Assembly (NCBI GenBank): GCA_965200605.1
Contig: CBDATW010000002.1
Coordinates: 280,458-304,457 of the forward strand
Reading direction: 5' to 3'
DNA: 24,000 bases
Origin: Mycoplasmatales bacterium
Lineage (GTDB): Bacteria; Bacillota_I; Bacilli_A; CBDATW01
Positions 17,221-24,000 of this stretch are shown piece by piece. Under the pieces are notes generated by a model. The model worked only from the letters and a program-made list of their open reading frames with translations. It was not told the DNA's origin and ran no database searches. Every line of letters begins with the position of its first letter. Positions within the stretch are counted from its first letter, which is position 1. A program made the translations under genes and the position numbers.

Positions 17221-18123
17221 TTAAAAATCTAATATTTTTGCAAGATTCTTTGAAGAAATTTTTTCTCATGCTTCTTTTGAAATTTGGTTTTTAAGCTTTG
17301 GATAAAATTTTTCTACAATATATCCATAACCTGTTCCACCATATTTTTTTAGATAAACTAGTCTTGAAATATCTTGTGCTAATAGGATTTGGTTTTCATA
17401 TCCTAACTTAATTAATTCAATAACTCATTGTGCTCTAAGGTCACAACTTTGAATACGATTTTTGCCAATAGTGTCAAAGGCAATTGTGAGTCCTGAATCA
17501 AGTATTTTAATTAATGTTTTAATATCTTTTACTAAATCCATATGACCAATAACGGTTTTTTTAACGTCACAACCTGCCTCTAATAGAATATCAACATGTT
17601 CCATTGTGTTATTATCATGATCTACATGTGTGAAAACCGGACACCCTGTTTCTTTTTGTGCCTCTACTGCTGCTAATAACACTTTTTTTTCTGAGGGAAA
17701 TATTTGTTTAGAACTAGTTGCCAGTTCTCCTATGGCTCCAGCTTTAATGTTGGTGTTATTAATTCCCTTGGTAATTTCTTCTATGAATTCTTTTTTTATT
17801 TCTTCAACTGTTAATTTTTTAAAGTCTTCTGTATGATATTCATGTAGGTAGTATCCAGTGGATGCTACTATTTCTATACCAATTTTTTCAGAAAGTTTTT
17901 TTAAATGTTCTGGATCTCTATGCATGCTTTGATTTGAGCAATCAACAAGAATATTGTATCCTTGTTCTTTGAAGATTTTTAATTCTTGAGATTGAAGCTC
18001 AATATCTTGTAAAATTGAATCTTCATCTTTTCTAACATGTCTTAAATCCATAGAAAGATGTTCATGCGATGATCCTAGTTTTACATCTTTGGGATCCATT
18101 AGACCTCTTACAGTTCTAATCAT
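17221..18123 (-). CDS. php: Phosphotriesterase-homology protein (Php, amidohydrolase superfamily)
   Basis: The track ORF (232 aa) continues through TGA 17427-17425 and 17268-17266 to stop TAA 17223-17221. 300 aa. Binuclear-metal ligand positions are present: SSHEHL (HxH), AIGELATS (bridging Glu as in E. coli Php), VFTHVDH, VIGHMDL, LLAQDISR. Confidence 0.88.
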
Positions 18124-19556
18124 TATAGACTTGTAGCTATTTTATATAAGACGTTTAGAATAACGCCGACAGTTAAAGCACCAATTGGTCCAATAGCAAG
18201 ATCAGAAATTTTTCTTTTTGTTTGTTGGTTAATGATAAACATTCCAATTACAAGTCCAGCTGACATTGATGGAAGTCATGTAGCTAATCCGCCAAATGGT
18301 ATCGAAACTTTAGCAATTAATCCTGCAACTGTTTTACCCATTGAAAAGGCAGCAATTGTACCACCAAATAAGAATGCTGCTTTTACAGTCCTAATAATTC
18401 CTTCTCTAAGTGAATCTGATAGTTTTTGAATTCCAGGCACTTTGAATAATACTTTTGCAATAACTTGCAGAAATTGAATTTCTAGAAACATTGAAATTGC
18501 ACCCATCACAAAAGCAATTGGAATTGCTGTTAGATATGAACTAGTATTTCCTGATGATTGTACTAATTGAAAACCAATAAGTTTAGCAATTGTTCCAAAC
18601 ATCAAAACTGCAGTAAGTCCAATTGGTGAATATACACCAGTTAGTAATGATGTTAGTACAACTAATGGAATAAATCCAATTACTCATGATAAATCAGCAA
18701 TTGCTGCAGCATATAATTTATGAGTTGTGTGTAGTCCCAATGATACAAGTGGGGCAATGGCAAATGAAGCTACTGCAGCTGCAGCAATACCACCTGATAT
18801 CATTAATCATAATCTATATTTCTTGATTTGTTCAGCACCTTCTTTAAAAGTGTTAAGTTTGGAATCAAGATTACTATTTGAAACTTTTGGCTCACTTGAT
18901 TTTGTTAATGCAAAAAATGCAATAATACCAACAAGCATTGTTAAAGCCATTGGGTACATTTTATGTTGATTTCACCCAAACATTGCAACTAATATATATG
19001 TAATTATTGACAGTACTAGAACTGGTGTTCCCTTTTTAGCCCCTGAGTGAGCATAAGCTGCTACTGCTGGGAATAATGAAAATACAAATGGAAATGCTCC
19101 ATCTCCGATTAATCCAAGTTCTCATCCAAATCCTGGATAAGAAATCTTACCAATAAAGGCTCCTAATGCATCTAGCCCATAAAATAGCGCCAAACCATAG
19201 ATTGCAGCTAATATAGTTGCTACTCCTGTTTTTCATTTTTGATCATGGTCAAATGATAAACCAATAATTTCTGCACCTAATAGTACAGCATGTACAATAA
19301 GAATTTTTGTAGCAATTGAAAATGGAATAAATCCTACAACATACCCAATTGACATTGAGAATGACATTGCAGCCAATGCTTTAAATGATAAATTTCCTTG
19401 TTTTCTTTGCCCCACAAGTGGTCTAACACCATCATTATAAACAGCAATGTTTTTGTTAGCTAAAAATGCTGTTAATGCTGAAAGTGCAGTAATTAGAAAC
19501 ATACCAATAGTTTTCAATTGTGGTAACAGTGAAATTTGTGTTAATTGTTCAGTCAT
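18123..19556 (-). CDS. YhfT-like polytopic membrane protein (candidate transporter)
   Basis: One frame links track fragments 19233-19556 and 18276-18605. I translated every codon between them and found only TGA (7 in-frame), no TAA or TAG. 477 aa, at least 10 hydrophobic spans. Stop TAA 18125-18123 overlaps the php ATG (ATAATG). Confidence 0.75.
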
Positions 19557-19571
19557 TTTAATTTTTCCTTT

Positions 19572-19922
19572 TTATTTTAAATGTTTTAGCAAGTGTGTGA
19601 TGCAGTATTCATAGTCTGCTGCAACAAATCCAAATGCTATATATCCAGATTTAATTAAATCCTTTATTTCTTCTTCACTTTTTTTAGAAGATTGGGTAGC
19701 AATTGTAACTGTTTTTTTTGCTCCTAAAAAGCTTGTTGCCATAGCAAGAGCTCCACCTCCCCCGGTATCACATGCTCCAACATAATAATCAGCTTGTCCG
19801 CTTTCGATTGCCATTGCAGCATCTAAATCAGACATAATTTCTACTTCAATTTTAGGGTTTATGTTTTGTATTTTAGCAGCAATTTCTTTTTTAACTAATT
19901 GCCCTCCTACTACTATTTTCAT
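19572..19922 (-). CDS. YhfU-like DUF2620 protein
   Basis: 116-aa ORF MKIVVGGQLVKKEI..ESGQADYYVGACDTGGGGALAMATSFLGAKK... The DYY[IV]GAC.TG.G.AL core and the length match E. coli YhfU (117 aa) as I recall it. AGGAGG SD. Confidence 0.7.
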   Translation of the reverse strand: MKIVVGGQLVKKEIAAKIQNINPKIEVEIMSDLDAAMAIESGQADYYVGACDTGGGGALAMATSFLGAKKTVTIATQSSKKSEEEIKDLIKSGYIAFGFVAADYEYCITHLLKHLK

Positions 19923-19931
19923 AAAAGCCTC

Positions 19932-20267
19932 CTATCTTCTTCGAAGGATTAATGCTAAAATATGCAACATTAAATATTGCTTTTCATTTTTTGAAATTTC
20001 AACAGGTGGATTAAAAAATAATCAATCAAATATTTCTTTTCCTTCTTCTAAATTAGGATTTTTGTCTATTGATTTTTGAGTTATATCATTAACTGGATCA
20101 ATTACTTCACCTTTAAATAATCGCTCAATAGCAATAGCTAAGTGAGTTGTTAATTCATCATTTTTGGTGTAGCCTTTTGATTCAAGTTTGTTTATTATTT
20201 CTTCTACATAATTAAATGTTTTTTGTGAAATAACACCTTTTTCTAACATTATTGAAAACTTTTTCAT
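19932..20267 (-). CDS. YhfY-like PRD-domain-only protein
   Basis: The 81-aa track ORF continues through TGA 20024-20022 into LFFNPPVEISKNEKQYLMLHILALILRRR, with stop TAG 19934-19932. 111 aa. It has two PRD-like His helices (LTTHLAIAIERL and YLMLHILALI). Confidence 0.65.
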
Positions 20268-20293
20268 TTATCCTTCTATTTTCAATATAACAT

Positions 20294-20317
20294 ATTATTC
20301 CATTTTTTTGGAATAAT
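20294..20317. promoter_or_regulatory. Perfect 9+9 inverted repeat (candidate operator) abutting the -10 of the yhf-like operon
   Basis: ATTATTCCA-tttttt-TGGAATAAT. On the minus strand it sits directly upstream of the extended -10 TGTTATATT (20292-20284), covering the -35 region. Confidence 0.5.
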
Positions 20318-20328
20318 TATTTAAAAAA

Positions 20329-20346
20329 CTATTATTTTAATAATAG
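20329..20346. promoter_or_regulatory. Second perfect inverted repeat (8+8, 2-nt spacer) in the divergent control region
   Basis: CTATTATT-tt-AATAATAG lies about 25 nt upstream of the extended -10 TGATAAAAT (20369-20377) of the cyclodeaminase gene. Confidence 0.45.
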
Positions 20347-20402
20347 AAGGCTTATATTTTAATAGTTATGATAAAATATTATTCACATTAAGGAGAATAA
20401 TA

Positions 20403-22007
20403 ATGCAAAAAATATTAGATGTAAATGCAATTAAACTTTTAGTTGCAAAATATGGTTTAAAAAATATCATTAAATCAACAATGGAACGTATTGAATATGA
20501 TTTTTCAAGATGAAAAGAATTTGATATTATTCCTCGACCTGCTTTTCATGTTCCAGGGGGAGTTATTGAATTAATGCCCTCTGCTGATAAAGAATATTTT
20601 ACATACAAATATGTTAATGGACATCCAATAAATCCAAAGCAAAATAAATTAACAGTAGCTGCAACTGGACAAATGTCTAAAACAAAAGATGGCTATCCAA
20701 TCTTTATTACTGAAATGACTATTTTAACTGCAATTAGAACAGCAGCAGTAGCTGCCCTTGCTGCAAAATATATGGCTAAAGAAGATTCTAAATCTATGGC
20801 TATTATTGGTACAGGTGCTCAATCTGAATTCCAATTAGAAGCACATTTATTAATTAGAAATTTAAAAGAAATTCATTATTTTGATACAGATCAAAAAGCT
20901 ATGGATAAGTTTGAAAGAAATGTTATTAAAAAATATCCAGATGTAAAATTTAAAAGATTTGATTCAGTGCCAGATGCTATTAAAGGAGTTGATATTGTAA
21001 CTGTCTGTACAGCTACAAAAGCTCAAATGCAAGTTATTAAAACTCAATGAATAGAACCAGGAATGCACTTAAATGGTTTAGGGGGAGATTGTCCTGGCAA
21101 GACTGAATTTGAAAAAGAAATTTTGCAACTTGATAATTCAAGAGTGGTTGTAGAATTTTTTGAACAATCATTTATTGAAGGTGAAATCCAAAATTTTGAT
21201 AAAAAAATAGCACAAGAAATAGTCTATGCTCAAATGTCAGAAATTTGTGATAAATCAAAAAAAGGTAGAGATGATGATAATCAAATTACAGTTTTTGATT
21301 CAGTGGGAATTGGTCTTGAAGATTTTTCAATGCTTTATGTTATTAAAGAATTAATTAAAAATGAGGTGATTGGTGATCAAAGAGTTATGACTCCAATACT
21401 TGATGATGTAAAAGATTTATTTGGACTTCTAGAATCAAATATTAATGTAGGCAAAATTGAAGAATTTGATACACGAGGAATTAAACCACTAGTTATTGGT
21501 GATACCATTTATGATATTTGTGCAAAAAAACAGCAATTTAAAGCAATTACTAAAGATTCATGTATGTGTACAGTGGGCGTATGATCTGGAGCTCAAAAAT
21601 ATTATGGAGCAATAGGATTAATTCATATTGGAGATGTAATTAATTCATCTATAGGTTCTCTTCTTGGAGAATCAGATAGAGAGGAACGTCTTCTTTATGG
21701 ACATCTTGGTAAAATTAATGGTCCAAACTATGTTGTTGCTGGAATTGAATTTGATCAAATTAAAAATGAGCAAAAATGAATTGATCGCCTTGATGTTTTA
21801 AACAGACATGGGGTTACTATTCATTTTAAAAGCCAGGTTGATAAATTGAGTTATAAAGAAATTATTAATCAAACTATTAAACAATTTGAAGCTAAAGGTT
21901 TGATGTGGGGAATAATTCTAACCAATGAAACTATTGATTTAATTAAACCTTACTTAAAAAATAAAAACTTTATTGGTTATGAAATAAACACAAAAGAAAG
22001 TATTTAA
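20403..22007 (+). CDS. Ornithine cyclodeaminase fused to a C-terminal domain of unknown family (about 190 aa)
   Basis: ATG 20403 follows AAGGAGAATAAT. One frame runs through track fragments 20574-21050 and 21063-21584 and on to TAA 22005-22007, with 4 in-frame TGA. 534 aa. OCD hallmarks: VIELMPSADKEYFTYKYVNGHP, LTAIRTAAVAAL, IIGTGAQSEFQ, EPGMHLNGLGGDCPGKTEF, IEGEIQ, ITVFDSVGIGLEDF, DDVKDLFG. Confidence 0.88.
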
Positions 22008-22008
22008 T

Positions 22009-22047
22009 ATATAGAATTTATTTTTCAATTATGTTTCTATATTTTTC
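22009..22047 (+). terminator. Weak candidate terminator between convergent genes
   Basis: ATATAGAA (22009-22016) pairs with TTCTATAT (22035-22042) and is followed by TTTT. The loop is long (18 nt) and the stem is almost all A/T. Confidence 0.25.
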
Positions 22048-22054
22048 TCATTAA

Positions 22055-22321
22055 TTATTCTTTATTTTGCAATTTTAACTCTTTCTTTTCCCTTTTTATA
22101 ATATCAATTTTACGATTAGCAATTTTATCACATGGATTGCATTTTTTGTGATTATTTTCAATATTAATTATATTTTTCATCTTATCAAATAAATGTGGTT
22201 GAGAACGAGATTTTACTCCCAAAAAATGTTTACACCCAAATAAAATATGATAACAATAGCGAGTAGTATATTTACTAATCTTATATTCCTTTTTATATTC
22301 ATCATTTCATAATTCAAGCAT
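22055..22321 (-). CDS. Hypothetical Cys/His-rich protein, or the 3' part of an interrupted gene
   Basis: Same frame as 22367-22870, downstream of an in-frame TAA. From ATG 22321: MLELWNDEYKKEYKISKYTTRYCYHILFGCKHFLGVKSRSQPHLFDKMKNIINIENNHKKCNPCDKIANRKIDIIKREKKELKLQNKE. 88 aa, stop TAA 22057-22055. Confidence 0.4.
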
Positions 22322-22366
22322 TTCTGTTAAAAAATTGTTCAAATTTAATAATTGGACAATAATATA

Positions 22367-22870
22367 ATTAATAAATTCCTCTGAAGAAGACCGATATTCA
22401 TTTGCACTAACCATTGAGATTGATGTTTGGTCATCTTTATCCATAATATATAAATTTTTATTGTAAGCTCAAGTGCTATCAAAAACTTCTTCTGTATGAA
22501 TAAAATAATTTAGTATGTTTTCTGGATTTTTAGATTTATTTCCAGATAAAAGAAAAAGTAGATCTGAAGCTTGTTGAATTATGTCGCTTAATTTAGAAGT
22601 GGTTAAATTAAAATTTGATTTTTGTAGAAAAGTCATAATGTCTTGTCAAGATATATTGTCTTTTTTATTTACTTTAATTTCATGTATTTTAATTATATTA
22701 ATTATTATGTTTTTAAAATATTCTAATTTTTTTCTTATATTAATAGCAAAGGCTTCAATATTACTATTACCTATTTTTTTTAAATTATTAATTTGGTTAT
22801 CTAATCTTTGAATATGATTAGGATTAATAAAATTGATATTTCTTGATTTTAAAAAATTATTTCTTTTCAT
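22367..22870 (-). CDS. Hypothetical protein, or the 5' part of an interrupted gene
   Basis: The track ORF (74 aa) continues through TGA 22648-22646 and 22471-22469 to TAA 22369-22367. 167 aa: MKRNNFLKSRNINFINPNHIQRLDNQINNLKK..FIHTEEVFDSTWAYNKNLYIMDKDDQTSISMVSANEYRSSSGGIY. No family recognised. Confidence 0.5.
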
Positions 22871-23145
22871 ATTAAAATTATACTATATAATTCCTTTTTT
22901 TGATTAAGTCTACATTTATTATGAATATAAATTTTAGAATTTAGTTTTATGTGAACTGAAATGTTTAATTTACCTCTTTGTTATGAATTTAATTTAAATA
23001 CTTTTAGTCACTATTTTTTTTTGTTGGGTTTTTAGTAGTATAAATAACAATTCTATATTTTGAAGTGTAGAATTTATTTTGCCAATGTAAATTTTTGAAT
23101 TTATTTTTTTAATTTAGCAACACATTTGCGGACTAAACAGTACTT

Positions 23146-23685
23146 TCTAAAAAATGGTCTTGCAACTATTTGTGGAATCAAAAGAGTTATAGTAGCTGAA
23201 AATCCCCGATATATTTTAACTGGCTGTCCTTGTATTCAAGATGAATAGACTTGTGAGTTTTCTTGTCAGTAAAACAATGTAAAATATGTTATTGCAAGCA
23301 AAATAAGATTTCACATATATTTAGTTGGGTCTTGTGTTATAGAAGCTATAAAAAGTAATATTAAGTATATAAACAAAGGAACTCCAGCACTTTTTGCAGC
23401 ACCCCAACCATAAATTGTATTGCTTAACAATATTGTTAATGGAATTAATAAAACTAATGGTAAAATAACTCATATTTCCTTTATTGAAATAGTTTTATAA
23501 AAAACTGATAATGGGATAAGTAAAAATATAATTGATGATCCTAAAGCTTGAGCAAAAATTAAAAAATATCAACGAAAAGCATTTGTTTTAAAAATGTCTT
23601 TACCTAAAAATAATATTAAACTAGTTATAATTAATACTGATACAGATGTTATGTAAATAAATTTAAATTCTTTTTTTGTAATCAC
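23146..23685 (-). CDS. Hypothetical polytopic membrane protein (GTG start)
   Basis: AAGGAG, 6 nt, then GTG 23685-23683. Hand-translated codon by codon with 6 in-frame TGA: (M)ITKKEFKFIYITSVSVLIITSLILFLGKD..FRWYFLIFAQALGSSIIFLLIPL..IYGWGAAKSAGVPLFIYLILLFIAS..ATITLLIPQIVAKTIF. 179 aa, 5-6 hydrophobic spans, stop TAG 23148-23146. Confidence 0.6.
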
Positions 23686-23795
23686 AGTAATCTCCTTTGT
23701 GAGAAATTGACTTTATTATATAAAATCATCAATTAATCTCTAAAAATTAATATACATCAAAAATTCTTGTTTTAGAAATTTTTATTTTAGATTTT

Positions 23796-24000
23796 TTATT
23801 CTGAATTTTTTATTAGCTTAATAAATTTATCAATTGGCATTGATTCTTCGTGCTTTGAACCATATTCTCTAATGTTAATTGTTTTATTATTTTGCTCAGA
23901 ATTACCAATAATTATTTGATAAGGTATTTTAGAAATTTGAGCTTCTCTAATTCTATAAGATAACCTTTCTTTGGCATCTACTATTTCTGTTCTAATATCA
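23796..24000 (-). CDS. thrS: Threonyl-tRNA synthetase, C-terminal (anticodon-binding) end; gene continues beyond the right edge
   Basis: Frame from 23999: DIRTEIVDAKERLSYRIREAQISKIPYQIIIGNSEQNNKTINIREYGSKHEESMPIDKFIKLIKNSE, stop TAA 23798-23796. The pattern D.R.EK..YKIREAQ..K.PY..V.G..E.....V.VR is the ThrS C-terminus. Confidence 0.8.
   Translation of the reverse strand, partial: DIRTEIVDAKERLSYRIREAQISKIPYQIIIGNSEQNNKTINIREYGSKHEESMPIDKFIKLIKNSE

Noticed and set aside
22325-22381. A frame-shifted reading (..EEFINYIIVQLLNLNNFLTE..) across the TAA at 22367-22369 looks protein-like. It would imply two compensating frameshifts joining the two halves.
   Set aside because: It requires two indels within about 55 nt. 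In DNA this AT-rich, all frames give plausible-looking helices, so I cannot support it without homologues. The simpler description (one in-frame TAA) is reported instead.
22871-23145. A 275-bp AT-rich spacer, scanned on both strands for tRNA or sRNA genes, small ORFs and repeats.
   Set aside because: I found only very short ORFs without SDs (the longest is 28 codons starting ATG-TGA), loose A/T-rich direct repeats (GAATTTATTTT) and a weak imperfect hairpin at 23112-23136 without a U-run. There is no cloverleaf-like or conserved-looking structure.
1-24000. Many conserved genes look fragmented in the supplied track (rplB, rplD, rplT, recA, php, the phosphomutase, the hydrolase, the permease, the YhfT-like gene and the cyclodeaminase), which could suggest massive pseudogenisation.
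   Set aside because: Every break I examined is a TGA. Where I could compare with remembered homologues (L2 TPWG, L4 PQWVGGG, S19 KTWSR), the TGA sits at a Trp position. The frames on both sides are identical. This is genetic code 4, not gene decay.

Overview
AT-rich mollicute (Mycoplasma-like) chromosomal segment that must be read with genetic code 4. In-frame TGA falls on invariant Trp positions of ribosomal proteins (L2 ..TPWG.., L4 ..PQWVGGG.., S19 ..KTWSR..). The supplied standard-code ORF track therefore splits most genes, and I re-joined them by hand. Content from left to right: (1) The 5' half of the S10 ribosomal operon on the minus strand (rpsJ-rplC-rplD-rplW-rplB-rpsS-rplV-rpsC-rplP) with its promoter and leader. 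L3 carries a repeat-encoded Lys/Glu/Pro/Ala tail of about 100 aa. (2) A small accessory patch: a membrane-anchored HExxH protein, an exported alpha/beta hydrolase, a DUF1294 protein, a small membrane protein, and a comparatively GC-rich APC amino-acid permease preceded by a 27-bp palindrome. (3) recA-rny-ymdB-smr and infC-rpmI-rplT, where infC starts with TTG. (4) The most interesting part is 13950-22007. It holds a seven-gene minus-strand operon whose products match, member for member, the uncharacterised E. coli php/yhfT-U-W-X-Y-Z set: a PRD-only protein, a DUF2620/YhfU-like protein, a YhfT-like membrane protein, the Php amidohydrolase, a YhfZ-like regulator, a YhfX-like fold-III PLP enzyme and a YhfW-like phosphomutase. 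This operon is divergently paired, through a control region with two perfect palindromes, with a true ornithine cyclodeaminase that carries an unassigned C-terminal domain of about 190 aa. (5) An ORF of unknown function split by one in-frame TAA, a GTG-initiated membrane protein, and the 3' end of thrS. I recognised no rRNA, tRNA, CRISPR array or transposase. All family assignments come from motif and collinearity recognition by eye; no database search was run.
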